This document shows positions 8,675 through 18,026 of a DNA stretch of 37,801 nt, in pieces. This stretch comes from Solirubrobacteraceae bacterium (lineage in GTDB: Bacteria > Actinomycetota > Thermoleophilia > Solirubrobacterales > Solirubrobacteraceae). The stretch is from positions 1 through 37,801 of the forward strand of contig DASZNB010000139.1 of the NCBI GenBank assembly GCA_035551395.1. The letters are read 5' to 3'. The notes under the pieces were generated by a model. The model did not search any database. It was not told the DNA's origin and saw nothing but the letters and a program-made list of their open reading frames with translations. The position numbers and the translations under genes are program-made. Each line of letters starts with the position of its first letter. The stretch's first letter is position 1.

Positions 8675-9805
8675 GGCGTCGGGGCGCAGGCGGCGCAGGC
8701 GGACGGCATCGAGGCGGCGGAACTTGAGGATCTCGAGGACGTAGACGAGATACACGCTGGCGGCGACAGCGAGCACGCCGAGGCCGACCATCACGAGCGT
8801 CCAGCCGGTGCGGAGGTGACCTTTGTGGTCGCTGTAGGGAACGAACCGCAACGCCAGCGCGAGACCGGCGAGCATCAGCGTCCAGGCGTAGAAGTAGGCG
8901 ATCGTACGGCGGCTGGAGAAGCCGATGCGGGCCATGCGGTGGTGGAAGTGCTCGCTGTCGGGACGGTAGATCGGCTGCTTGTACTTCAGGCGCTTGAGCA
9001 CCACGAAGGTCGTGTCGAGGAAGGGCACCGCGAGCAGGATCAGGGGCAGCACGAACGACACCACGGCGGCGGTCTTGACAGCCGCCTCGACGGTGATCAC
9101 GCCCATCAGCAGGCCGAGCAGGTTCGCGCCGCAGTCGCCCATGAAGCTCGACGCCGGCGGGAAGTTGTAGAGCAGGAAGCCGAGCGCAGCGCCGGCGGTC
9201 AAGGCGGCGAGCACACCCGGCTGCTGGCGACCGAGGTCGAAGGCGATCACGGCCATCGCCGCGGCGATGATCACGCAGACGCCCGCCGCCAACCCGTCGA
9301 CGCCGTCGGAGAAATTGACGACGTTCATCATCACCACGAGACCGAGGACCGTGAGCACGGGGCCGGCGTTGGTGACGCCCGCGTTGGGGAAGGCGAGCTG
9401 ACCGACGAACGGCAGCGTGATCGCCTTCACGGCGACGCCGAAGTGAACGACGATCACGGCGGCCAGCAGCTGCCCGGCGAACTTGACGGCAGGGTGCAGG
9501 TCGAAGCGGTCGTCGAGCGCGCCGACGACGGTGATCACGGCCGCCCCGAGCAGCACGCCGTGCCACAGCTGGTGGTCGCCGAGGTATCCAGCGGGCAGCG
9601 CCACGAGCGCCGCGACGAGCGTCCCCGCGAAGATCGCCAGTCCGCCCAGCAACGGGGTCGGGCTGTCCGACAGCCCGCGCTCGCGCGGCTCGTCGATCGC
9701 GCCGATCCGGTGCGCGAAGCGCATGCTCAGCGGAGTCAGCACCGCGGTCACGCCCGCGGCGAGGAGGAAGGCGTAAAGCGCTTCGAGCTCGGTTGGATGC
9801 GCCAT
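8456..9805 (-). CDS. wecA: WecA/TagO/MraY-family undecaprenyl-phosphate GlcNAc-1-phosphate transferase
   Basis: Motifs GALDD, MNVVNFSDGVDGL, FMGDCG and DSEHFHH. Conserved position between glyA and atp. Confidence 0.88.
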   Translation of the reverse strand: MAHPTELEALYAFLLAAGVTAVLTPLSMRFAHRIGAIDEPRERGLSDSPTPLLGGLAIFAGTLVAALVALPAGYLGDHQLWHGVLLGAAVITVVGALDDRFDLHPAVKFAGQLLAAVIVVHFGVAVKAITLPFVGQLAFPNAGVTNAGPVLTVLGLVVMMNVVNFSDGVDGLAAGVCVIIAAAMAVIAFDLGRQQPGVLAALTAGAALGFLLYNFPPASSFMGDCGANLLGLLMGVITVEAAVKTAAVVSFVLPLILLAVPFLDTTFVVLKRLKYKQPIYRPDSEHFHHRMARIGFSSRRTIAYFYAWTLMLAGLALALRFVPYSDHKGHLRTGWTLVMVGLGVLAVAASVYLVYVLEILKFRRLDAVRLRRLRPDASPAEIEVHVAKDLETGEFQAVAQTGHGDVKVRDETIAPGAQQSVGERQVDQDRVGAEQERGGAQAPVAADGR

Positions 9806-9911
9806 CGACTAGCGACAGCATCGCAGGAGCGGTGGTCGCAGGGTCCCGCGCGGTCACCGACCCCAACTCCGCCGGCGCGCGGGCGCGCGCGCCGCGGCAG
9901 CTGTGCTCCGA

Positions 9912-11204
9912 TCAGACGACGGCGGCTGCGCTCAGGCCCTCGTACAGCGGATGGCGCTCGACGATCGCGCCCACGCGCTCGGCGAGCTCGCTCGAGCGCG
10001 CGTCGAACGCCGGCGTCAGCGCCAGCGCCAGGATCTTGCCGACCTCGACGAAGTCCTCGCGCGCCAGCCCACGCGTGGCGAGAGCCGGCGTGCCGATCCG
10101 CAGGCCCGACGCCTCCATCGGCGGACGCGGGTCGAACGGCACCGCGTTGCGGTTGACCGTGATCTGGATCTCGGCGAGGCGGTCCTCGGCCTGCTTCCCG
10201 CTCAGCGCGCTGTCGCGCAAATCCACGAGCAGCAGGTGCACATCGGTCCCTCCGGTGAGGACGTTGACTCCGTGTCCGGCTTGCAGCAGCTCATCGGCGA
10301 GCGCTCGTGCCCCCTCGATCGTGCGCCGCTGACGCTCCGCGAACAGCTCTCCGGCGGCGAGCCGGAAGGCCACGGCCTTGGCCGCGATGACGTGCTCGAG
10401 CGGGCCCCCCTGCTGGCCGGGGAAGACAGCCGAGTCGATCTTCTTGGCGAGCTCCTGCTTGCACAGGATCACACCCGCGCGGGGGCCGCCGAGCGTCTTG
10501 TGGGTGGTCGTCGTGACCACGTCCGCGCCCAACGCGACAGGATTCGGGTGCAGGCCCGCGGCGACCAGCCCGGCGAAGTGGGCCATGTCCACCATCAGCA
10601 GCGCCCCGACCTCGTCGGCGATCTCCCTGAAGCGCTCGAAGTCGAGCTGGCGCGGGTATGCCGACCAGCCCGCGAGCAGGAGCTTGGGGCGGCGCTCGCG
10701 GGCCAAGCGGGCGAGCTCGTCCATGTCGATCAGCGAGGTCTCGCGGTCGACCTCATACGCGGCGATGTCGTACAGGCGACCCGACACGTTCAGCTTCATG
10801 CCGTGTGTGAGGTGGCCGCCGTGAGCCAGCGACATGCCCATGATCGTGTCTCCGGGCGCAAGCAGCGCGTGATAGACGGCGGCGTTGGCCTGGGCGCCCG
10901 AGTGCGGCTGAACGTTCGCGTGCTCGGCGCCGAAAAGAGCCTTGGCGCGGTCGATCGCGAGCTGCTCGGAGATGTCGACCCACTCGCAGCCTCCGTAGTA
11001 GCGGCGGCCCGGGTAGCCCTCGGCGTACTTGTTCGTCAGCACCGAACCCTGGCATTCGAGCACGGCACGGGGCACGAAGTTCTCCGAGGCGATCATCTCG
11101 AGCGTGGTCTGCTCGCGTTCGAGCTCGCCGCGCAGGACCTCCGCGATCTCGGGGTCCACCTCGGCGAGGGGACGGTTGAAGTAGTCGGGGCTCAGGTCGG
11201 TCAC
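9912..11204 (-). CDS. glyA: Serine hydroxymethyltransferase
   Basis: Motifs [24 protein letters not shown] and TTTHKTL (PLP Lys). GTG start at 11204 follows SD AAGGAG. Confidence 0.97.
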   Translation of the reverse strand: MTDLSPDYFNRPLAEVDPEIAEVLRGELEREQTTLEMIASENFVPRAVLECQGSVLTNKYAEGYPGRRYYGGCEWVDISEQLAIDRAKALFGAEHANVQPHSGAQANAAVYHALLAPGDTIMGMSLAHGGHLTHGMKLNVSGRLYDIAAYEVDRETSLIDMDELARLARERRPKLLLAGWSAYPRQLDFERFREIADEVGALLMVDMAHFAGLVAAGLHPNPVALGADVVTTTTHKTLGGPRAGVILCKQELAKKIDSAVFPGQQGGPLEHVIAAKAVAFRLAAGELFAERQRRTIEGARALADELLQAGHGVNVLTGGTDVHLLLVDLRDSALSGKQAEDRLAEIQITVNRNAVPFDPRPPMEASGLRIGTPALATRGLAREDFVEVGKILALALTPAFDARSSELAERVGAIVERHPLYEGLSAAAVV

Positions 11205-11236
11205 GGCGCTCTCCTTGGCAGGCGGTGTCGACTTCG

Positions 11237-11312
11237 ATGCCCAGGCGCGCGGCGGGTTCGCTGACCGCTTCCCGGTGGTCGATTCCACCTCTCTGCGCCA
11301 GTCGCGGTAGCA
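11237..11312 (-). ncRNA. ZMP/ZTP riboswitch (pfl motif) in the glyA 5' leader
   Basis: Minus strand reads ACCGCGACTGGCG-CAGAGA-GGTGG-AATCG-ACCACC-GGGAAGCGGT...CGCCGCGCGCCTGGGCA. This matches the pfl consensus (GACUGGCG, GGUGG/CCACC, GGG.AGC, CGCCUGGGCA). glyA is a known target class. Confidence 0.92.
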
Positions 11313-11318
11313 CCGACG

Positions 11319-11327
11319 AGGCTAGCA
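11319..11327 (-). promoter_or_regulatory. Extended -10 promoter (TGc-TAGCCT) for the riboswitch-glyA transcript
   Basis: TGn-TANNNT lies about 6 nt before the 5' end of the riboswitch. Confidence 0.6.
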
Positions 11328-11373
11328 CTCGGCGCGGGGACCCGGCGCGCTCGGAGCACAGGCTTCCGAGGGG

Positions 11374-12006
11374 TCAGCTGGTAGTCGCGAGCAGCTCCTG
11401 CAGCTGTCCGCGAGGGAGCGCACCCTCGCGCAGGACGTGCCAGCGGCCCTCCTCGGCGAGATCGCGCAGGTCGATCACGGTGGAGGCCACACCGGGGAGC
11501 TCGCCGCCGTCGAGCACGAGGTCGGCGCCGTCGCGAATGCTGGGCGGCACCTCGGCGAGCGTGCGGGCGTCCCCCTCGCCCGAGAGGTTGGCGCTCGACT
11601 GCATCACCGGCGCCGTCAGCGCGCAGAGCGCCTGCAGGTGCTCGGGCAGCGCCGGCACGCGCAGTCCCAGCGTCGTTGGGTCGCTGCGACAGGCCGCGGC
11701 GAAGCGCCCGCCGCGGTTGGCGAGCAGCACGGTCACGGGGCCCGGGAGCAGAGCCTGCAGCGCACCGCGCTCGCGCTCCTCCAACTCGCCCAGCGCTCCC
11801 AAGGCCGGCTCGAGCGCGAAGAACATGACCGCGCTGGCGCGCGCCGGCGGGCGGCCCTTGAGCGCGTACAGGCGTCGCGCGGCACGCTCGTCCTCGGGAT
11901 CGCAGCAGAGTCCGTAGACGGTGTCGCTCGGGAACACCGCCACGCCGCCGGCGTCGATGCAGCCCTGCAGACGCTCGACCTCCCGGCTGTCAAGCGCAGG
12001 GATCAT
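11374..12006 (-). CDS. tsaC: L-threonylcarbamoyladenylate synthase (Sua5/YrdC)
   Basis: Motifs FPSDTVYGL, LKGRP, PGPVT, SSANLSG and STVID. ATG 12006 overlaps the prmC stop. Confidence 0.93.
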   Translation of the reverse strand: MIPALDSREVERLQGCIDAGGVAVFPSDTVYGLCCDPEDERAARRLYALKGRPPARASAVMFFALEPALGALGELEERERGALQALLPGPVTVLLANRGGRFAAACRSDPTTLGLRVPALPEHLQALCALTAPVMQSSANLSGEGDARTLAEVPPSIRDGADLVLDGGELPGVASTVIDLRDLAEEGRWHVLREGALPRGQLQELLATTS

Positions 12007-12854
12007 TTGCGCTCCCCGATCACTACCCGCTCTATACCCGCGAGGTCGCGCTTTGAGCGCACATTTCCAAAGCCGGCCGCGCCGGCGAGCGCGATCACCT
12101 CGCCGGCCTGGCCGGCGCCGACCTCGATCGCCGCCAGCGTGACCCGCGCCCGCTCGCTCAGCTGGGCGAGCAGCCGGCGGATCGCGGCGAGGCCGTCGGA
12201 GCCGGCGAACAGCGCGCCGGCGGGCTCGTGGCACAGGATCTCCGGCGCGAGCAGCGCACGCTCGCCATCGGCGACGTAGGGCGGGTTCGACAGGACGGCG
12301 TCGAACTCGTCGGCGACGCCCGCGAGCAGATCGGCGCGCAGCCAGTCGACCTCGAGGCCGAGGCGCTCGCCGTTGGCGCGCGCGAGCGTGAGCGCGCCCT
12401 CGCTGAGGTCGCTCGCGCTCACCCGCAGGTCCGGGCGCTCGTCCTTGAGCGCGAGCGCGACCGCCCCGCTGCCGGTGCCCAGGTCGAGCACGCGCGCGTC
12501 GACGGGCAGCGTGAGCCCGACCTCGACGAGCAGCTCTGTCTCTGGCCGCGGGATCAGCACGCGGCGGTCGACGGCGAGATCCAGGCGCCGGAAGCCGCGC
12601 CGCCCGGTGATGTAGGCGACGGGCTCACGCTCGACGGCGCGGCGGCGGACCGCGTCCTGGTAGGCGCGCACTCCCGAACCGGCGACGGCCAGCTCGCGGT
12701 CGCCGATGAGCCGCTCGCGCCCCACCCCAAGGACGTGCGCGAGCAGCACTTCAGCGTCGAGGCGGGGACTCGCGCAGCCGGCAGCCGCGATTGCGGTGAT
12801 CGCGCCGTCGAGCGCCTCGCGTGCGGGGGTGCCGGCCGGGCTTCGCACGCTCAT
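12003..12854 (-). CDS. prmC: Release factor glutamine N5-methyltransferase
   Basis: Motifs EPVAYITG, VLIPRPETE, DLGTGSG and SNPPY. Follows prfA. Confidence 0.96.
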   Translation of the reverse strand: MSVRSPAGTPAREALDGAITAIAAAGCASPRLDAEVLLAHVLGVGRERLIGDRELAVAGSGVRAYQDAVRRRAVEREPVAYITGRRGFRRLDLAVDRRVLIPRPETELLVEVGLTLPVDARVLDLGTGSGAVALALKDERPDLRVSASDLSEGALTLARANGERLGLEVDWLRADLLAGVADEFDAVLSNPPYVADGERALLAPEILCHEPAGALFAGSDGLAAIRRLLAQLSERARVTLAAIEVGAGQAGEVIALAGAAGFGNVRSKRDLAGIERVVIGERK

Positions 12855-13900
12855 GCCGCCGCCTGTGCCTCCAGGCGACGGCGCTTCTCGTCGGCCTGCA
12901 GCGCCTCGGTCAACTCGTCGAGCTCGCCTTCGAGCACCTGGTCGAGGTTGTGGACGGTGAACTTGATGCGGTGGTCGGTGACGCGCCGCTCGCCGTAGTT
13001 GTAGGTGCGGATCTTCTCGGCCCGGTCGCCGGTGCCGACCTGCGAGCGGCGGTCGGCCGCGAGCTCGGCCTGCTGTTCGGCGAGCGCGCGCTCGTACAGG
13101 CGCGCGCGGAGCACGCGCAGCGCCTTCTCCCGGTTCTGCAGCTGGGACTTCTCGTCCTGCATCGAGACGACGATCCCGCTCGGCCTGTGCGTCACACGCA
13201 CCGCCGAGTCGGTCGTGTTGACCGACTGGCCGCCCGGCCCAGATGAGCGGTAGACGTCGATCTGAAGATCGTTGGGGTCGACGTGGATGTCAACGTCCTC
13301 GGCCTCCGGCAGCACCGCCACGGTCGCCGTCGAGGTGTGGATGCGGCCTTGGGACTCCGTCTGCGGAACGCGCTGCACGCGGTGCGTTCCGCCCTCGAAC
13401 TTGAAGACCGAGTACGCGCCGTCGCCCTTGACCGCGAACGTGTACTTGCCCTCGCCGATCTCCAGCGGCTCGGTCTGCCAGCCGCGGCGTTCGGCGTAGC
13501 GCACCAGCATGCGATACAGGTCCCCGGCCCAAAGCCCGGCCTCATCGCCCCCCGCGCCGCCCTGGATTTCGACGATCACGCTCTTGTCGTCGTTGGGGTC
13601 GCGCTCGACCATCGCCAGGCGAATCTCCTCCTCGACCTGCTCGATGCGCCCGCGCGCGCGGGTCAGCTCGTCGCGCAGCTCGGGGTCCTCCCCCATCTCA
13701 TCGAGCAGTTCCTCGGCCCCGTCCGCGTCGTCGTGCGCGTGGCGCCACAGCGCCGCAAGCTTGGCGACTGGCTCGAGCTGCCTGTAGGCGCGTCCGACCT
13801 CGGCGTAGCGCTCGCGGTCGGAGATCACCTCGGCGTCGGTCATCTGCTCGCCGAGCTCGGCGAAGCGCGATTCGACCTGCTTGACGAGATCTTCGATCAT
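12851..13900 (-). CDS. prfA: Peptide chain release factor 1
   Basis: PxT motif (VPQTES), GGQ motif and IRTYN. Start at ATG 13900 (MIEDLVKQ), preceded by -10 TAGACT at 13909-13914. Confidence 0.96.
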   Translation of the reverse strand: MIEDLVKQVESRFAELGEQMTDAEVISDRERYAEVGRAYRQLEPVAKLAALWRHAHDDADGAEELLDEMGEDPELRDELTRARGRIEQVEEEIRLAMVERDPNDDKSVIVEIQGGAGGDEAGLWAGDLYRMLVRYAERRGWQTEPLEIGEGKYTFAVKGDGAYSVFKFEGGTHRVQRVPQTESQGRIHTSTATVAVLPEAEDVDIHVDPNDLQIDVYRSSGPGGQSVNTTDSAVRVTHRPSGIVVSMQDEKSQLQNREKALRVLRARLYERALAEQQAELAADRRSQVGTGDRAEKIRTYNYGERRVTDHRIKFTVHNLDQVLEGELDELTEALQADEKRRRLEAQAAA

Positions 13901-13983
13901 CCCGGCCCAGTCTAAGCAGCCGGCGCAGCCGCACGAGCGCGGCGCAGCCGCAGGGGCGCGCTCTCGGCCGGGCGCGGATGAGC

Positions 13984-14535
13984 TCAGGCGACGATCGCCT
14001 GCGGCTCGGCCAGCTCGATCAGCTCGTCGAGCGTCGCCGAGAGCGCCTCGACGGTGTCGCGCTCGACGGGCAGGCCGTCGGCGCCGAGCGCCTCGTCGGC
14101 CTGCGCCAGCGGCAGCTCGCGGTCGACGACGCGCGCCCCGATGGTCGCCAGCACCTTGCGCGCCTCGGCCTGCGCCCAGACGGCACCGAACAGACCCGTG
14201 CTGGCGCCCACGACCGCTGCCGGCTTGCCGCGCAGCGGCGTTTCGGCAACCGGTCGCGAGACCCAGTCGAGCGCGTTCTTGAGCACGCCGGAAATCGAGC
14301 CGTTGTACTCTGGCGTCGCCACGAGCACGGCGTCCGCGCCGGCGATCGCCGCCTTCAGGGCAGCGACCGCGGGCGGCGTCGGGTGTTCGTCGTCCTCGTT
14401 GTAGGGCGGGATCGCGCCCAGCTGGTCGAACACCACGAGCTCCACCCCCGAGGGCAGCAGCGTGCGCGCCCCGGCGAGCAGCCGCGTATTGTGCGAATCG
14501 CGGCGCAGGCTCCCTGACAGTCCGAGGATTCGCAT
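13984..14535 (-). CDS. NADPH-dependent FMN reductase (flavodoxin-like)
   Basis: Motifs GSLRRDSHN and TPEYNGSISGVLKNALDW. Confidence 0.93.
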   Translation of the reverse strand: MRILGLSGSLRRDSHNTRLLAGARTLLPSGVELVVFDQLGAIPPYNEDDEHPTPPAVAALKAAIAGADAVLVATPEYNGSISGVLKNALDWVSRPVAETPLRGKPAAVVGASTGLFGAVWAQAEARKVLATIGARVVDRELPLAQADEALGADGLPVERDTVEALSATLDELIELAEPQAIVA

Positions 14536-14540
14536 CGTCC

Positions 14541-15092
14541 TCAGGCCTCCTTGACGAGCTCGAGCGATACCTCGAGCTTAACGTCGTTGTCGAGCGCGAA
14601 GCCACCCTTCGGCAGCGGCGCGTTCCACTCCAGGCCGAACTCGCGACGGTCGATCACGGCCTCGAGCTCGACGCCGATCTTGTCGTTGCCCGCGATGTCG
14701 GCGTGCGGCCCGGTGACGCTCCCGCGCCCGGTCACGCGGTGAGAGTTGCCCTTGATCGTCAGCTCACCCTCGACCTCGAGCTCGCCGGCCTCGGAGACCT
14801 TCAGCTCGTCGGAGACGAAGCGGATCTGGGGGTAGCGCTCACTGTCGAAGAAGTCGGGCGAGGAGAGGTGGCCGGCGAGGTTCTCGTCCTTGACGACGAT
14901 CGAGTCCACGTCGACGGTTCCCGCGAGGCGCGGGACGCCGCTGTCATCCGCGATCAGCGCGCCGTCGTAGCCCTCGAAGCGGCCGCGGAAGGTCGAGACG
15001 ACCATGTGCTTGACGGAGAACCCGACGTGCGAGTGGACCGTGTCGATCTTCCATGTGCCTGCCGTGATTGGCTGTGCGATCGCGGTGCTCAT
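14541..15092 (-). CDS. YceI-family lipid/isoprenoid-binding protein
   Basis: Motifs W.ID..HS.VGF.VKH, HLSSPDFFD, G.LTIKG and IDRREFGL.WN. Confidence 0.93.
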   Translation of the reverse strand: MSTAIAQPITAGTWKIDTVHSHVGFSVKHMVVSTFRGRFEGYDGALIADDSGVPRLAGTVDVDSIVVKDENLAGHLSSPDFFDSERYPQIRFVSDELKVSEAGELEVEGELTIKGNSHRVTGRGSVTGPHADIAGNDKIGVELEAVIDRREFGLEWNAPLPKGGFALDNDVKLEVSLELVKEA

Positions 15093-15119
15093 GTCGCTCT
15101 GCTCCTTTGATCAGGTTGG

Positions 15120-15177
15120 CGGACTTTGGTCCGTTTAGGCTCGCCACAACGGTACCACAGAACCGGACCGGGGTCCA
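15120..15177. promoter_or_regulatory. Two palindromic operators CGGAC-N4-GTCC(G/A), probably bound by the adjacent TetR
   Basis: CGGACTTTGGTCCG (15120-15133) and CGGACCGGGGTCCA (15164-15177) lie in the divergent yceI/tetR gap. Confidence 0.7.
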
Positions 15178-15195
15178 CTTAGTATGCTTGTGCGT

Positions 15196-15834
15196 ATGGA
15201 GACACGCTTGGAGCTGCCGATGGTGGACCTGCCGCTGCTCGAGCAGGCTGCGCCCGAGCGCGCAGACGCGACGCGCAACCGCGCTCGCATCCTCGACGCG
15301 GCGCGGCGGCTGTTCGCCGATCGCGGCGTGGCGTGCGTGTCGATGGATGAGATCGCCGCGGCGGCCGGCGTCGGCAAGGGCACGCTGTTTCGCCGTTTCG
15401 GCTCGCGCGCGGCGCTCGCGCTGGCCCTGCTCAGCGAGCGCGAGATCTGCTTTCAGGAAGGATTCATCCGCGGCGCGCCGCCGCTCGGGCCCGGCGCGCC
15501 GCCGCTCGAGCGTCTGATCGCCTTCGGCGAGGCGCGTCTGGACCTGATGGCCGACCATGCCGAAGTGCTCGCGGCGGCCGAGATCGGCCCGGCGCGCTTC
15601 GATTCCCCTCCTTACGCCGTCTACCGCCTGCACCTCACGCTGCTGCTGCGCGAGGCGTCTCCGGCGCATGACCCGACCTACCTCGTCGAGACGCTGCTCG
15701 CGAGTCTCGGCGTCGACCTCTTTCTGCACCTCCGCGGCGCCCGCGGGATGATGCTCGCGGACATCAAGACCGGCTGGGGCGAGCTGGTAGGCGGTCTCAC
15801 AGGCGCCGTGCCGGCGCCGGTGCTTGCGCGCTAG
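15196..15834 (+). CDS. TetR/AcrR-family transcriptional regulator
   Basis: HTH ERADATRNRARILDAARRLF...MDEIAAAAGVGKGTLFRRF. ATG 15196 lies 7 nt after -10 TATGCT (leaderless). An alternative start is at 15184. Confidence 0.93.
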   Translation: METRLELPMVDLPLLEQAAPERADATRNRARILDAARRLFADRGVACVSMDEIAAAAGVGKGTLFRRFGSRAALALALLSEREICFQEGFIRGAPPLGPGAPPLERLIAFGEARLDLMADHAEVLAAAEIGPARFDSPPYAVYRLHLTLLLREASPAHDPTYLVETLLASLGVDLFLHLRGARGMMLADIKTGWGELVGGLTGAVPAPVLAR

Positions 15835-17012
15835 GCCACGACCTCCACGCCGACGAGGTCCGCGGCGGAGAGCTCGCCGGGAGACTCCCGCTCGAGCACG
15901 GCCTGCAGGGCCGCGATCGCGACTGCCAGCTGCGACTCGTCGGGCTCGCGGGTCGTCAGCAGCTGCAGCTTCAGGCCGGGCCACATCACCGCCCGCACCC
16001 ACGGGCGGCGGCGGTTGCGCCCGGCGAACTTGATCAGCTCGAAGGAGATTCCGGCGATCAGCGGCACACCGAGGATCCGGGTGGCCATCAGCCAGTACCA
16101 GGCGGGCAGCCCGATCGGCGCGAAGACGAAGATGGCGACGATCATGACAACGAGCAGGAAGCTCGTGCCACAGCGCGGATGCAGGCGCGAAAAGCGCTGC
16201 GCGTTGGCCGGCGTGAGCGGCAGGCCCGCCTCGAAGCAGGAGATCGTCTTGTGCTCGGCGCCGTGGTACTCGAACACGCGGCGCAGGTCGCGCACGCGCG
16301 AGAGCACCAGCATGTAGCCGAGGAAGATGCTGGTGCGCACGACGCCCTCGACGAGCCAGAACAGGAACGACGAGCCGAGCTGGTGCTTGATCAGACTCGT
16401 CAGGCCGACGGGGATCAGGAAGAACAGCACGACAGCCAGCGCCAGCGCGAGTACGACGGTTCCCACCCACACCGCGCGGGGGATCTCCTGCGTGTCGTCC
16501 TCCTCGGCGGCCGCGTGCTCGTCGGCGTCGCCATCCTGCGCGAGGCCCACTCGCTCCTCCGGCGGGAGCTGTGCGTTGGCGGACACCTCCAGCGCGCGAA
16601 ATCCGATCGCCATCGAGCCGCCGAGTGCGACGACACCGCGCACGATCGGCAGCCGCAGCAGCCGGTGGCGCCGCATCGCCGAGTCCAGCGGAAAGGTGCT
16701 CACCTCGATCTCGCCGAGCGCCGCCTGCGAGGGCGAGCGCTCGCCCTCGCCCAGCTGCTCGTCGGTCGGCTTGCGCACCGCAACGGCCCAGTTGGAGACG
16801 CCGCGCATCATCACGCCCTCGAGCACCGCCTGGCCACCGACGGGCGCATCGCGCTGAGCGCTCAGCTCGCCGTCGGGGCCCGTCTCGAGGACGGCCAGCG
16901 CCGGCTCGTCGCCGGGAGCGCTGCCCGCCGGCGCTGTGACGGCAGCGGCGGGCGAAGCCATGCTCAGCGCGGTCGGCGTCGAGGGTGAACCCGCGGCCCC
17001 ACGCGCGGACAT
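15831..17012 (-). CDS. DUF1385 (YqhQ-like) membrane protein, putative metal-dependent enzyme
   Basis: Motifs GGQAVLEGVMM, FEYHGAEHKTI, SRLHPRCGTSF and TTREPD. Confidence 0.92.
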   Translation of the reverse strand: MSARGAAGSPSTPTALSMASPAAAVTAPAGSAPGDEPALAVLETGPDGELSAQRDAPVGGQAVLEGVMMRGVSNWAVAVRKPTDEQLGEGERSPSQAALGEIEVSTFPLDSAMRRHRLLRLPIVRGVVALGGSMAIGFRALEVSANAQLPPEERVGLAQDGDADEHAAAEEDDTQEIPRAVWVGTVVLALALAVVLFFLIPVGLTSLIKHQLGSSFLFWLVEGVVRTSIFLGYMLVLSRVRDLRRVFEYHGAEHKTISCFEAGLPLTPANAQRFSRLHPRCGTSFLLVVMIVAIFVFAPIGLPAWYWLMATRILGVPLIAGISFELIKFAGRNRRRPWVRAVMWPGLKLQLLTTREPDESQLAVAIAALQAVLERESPGELSAADLVGVEVVA

Positions 17013-17016
17013 CGAA

Positions 17017-17250
17017 CTACTGGGTGGACCGAGCTTGCGCCGTGTGCAGGCGGCCCTTGGCGACCCTGCGCTGGAAGCGCTCGACGCGACCCCCGGTGTC
17101 CATCAGCTTCTGCCGGCCGGTGTAGAACGGATGGCAGTTCGAGCACACCTCGACGTGGAGCTCGTCGCGCGTCGCGCGCGTGATGAACTCGTTGCCGCAC
17201 GTGCAGCGCACGTGGGCGGAAACGTAGTCGGGGTGAATCTTGGCCTTCAT
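17017..17250 (-). CDS. rpmE: 50S ribosomal protein L31 (zinc-binding type)
   Basis: [23 protein letters not shown] and GRVERF. -10 TAGAAT at 17260-17265. Confidence 0.97.
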   Translation of the reverse strand: MKAKIHPDYVSAHVRCTCGNEFITRATRDELHVEVCSNCHPFYTGRQKLMDTGGRVERFQRRVAKGRLHTAQARSTQ

Positions 17251-17351
17251 CGTCGGACCATTCTAGCGGGATCGGCGCGCGCCCCGCACGGCCTGCCCGG
17301 CTCGCCGCCCGGCGCGCGATGCCCTCCGCGTTACGCGCGCGGCGGCCTCGC

Positions 17352-17885
17352 TCAACTGCCCGGCGCGGACGCCCCCGCCGGGCCCGGCGCCGGCATCCAG
17401 ATGCTCGTCGTCGGCTGTTCGCAGCGCTTGGTGTGAAGGATCGCGTCAGCCAACAGGCGTCCCCGCGAGCTCAGCCAGCGAAAGTGAACGACGCCGCGGT
17501 AGAAGGCCGGACCGGCAAGGTTCGTGACCTGCTTGAGATAGCGGTACACCTTCACGCCGGGCGCCGCCGAGCGCCAGACGCCGAGTCCCGGCGCGGTGAC
17601 CGTGTGGTAACTGATTTCTTCGGGCAGCCGCTCAGCCACTTCGATGCGCATCTCCAGCCGCGCGCTGCCCACCACGCCCGACATTTCGCCGGCGAACGTA
17701 GCCGAGCGTTCGGCCTGCGGACCGGCGGTCAGACACTGCTCGAGGGTCGCCGAGAGGGTCGGTCGCGCGAGGCCCGGCGCGGTCCAGATCGTCGCGTCGG
17801 CCGCGCTCGGCCCCAGCGCCGCCAGCCCGAGCAGCGCGTGCACGGCGAGGGAGCGCGCGCGGCTCGTGCAGGCAGGCAGGCTCAT
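17352..17885 (-). CDS. Hypothetical secreted protein
   Basis: Signal-peptide-like N-terminus (LLGLAALGPSAADA) followed by a beta-rich domain with two Cys. Fills the gap between ETF-QO and rpmE. Confidence 0.6.
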   Translation of the reverse strand: MSLPACTSRARSLAVHALLGLAALGPSAADATIWTAPGLARPTLSATLEQCLTAGPQAERSATFAGEMSGVVGSARLEMRIEVAERLPEEISYHTVTAPGLGVWRSAAPGVKVYRYLKQVTNLAGPAFYRGVVHFRWLSSRGRLLADAILHTKRCEQPTTSIWMPAPGPAGASAPGS

Positions 17886-18026
17886 GACATTCCCATAACA
17901 CCCCAGCGTCGCCCAGAGTTTCGCGCCGCCGTCTCCATCACCGCCGCCCGCCGCGCACCTGGACGTGTGCCCGCGTGCGCCGCGACGGAGCGCGCCGAGC
18001 CGACGTGCGCCGGCGGCGAGCAGCGC

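Noticed and set aside
12851-14605. 584-aa RF1 with a long N-terminal extension
   Set aside because: The extension overlaps the FMN reductase in another frame. A -10 hexamer and RF1 homology point to ATG 13900.
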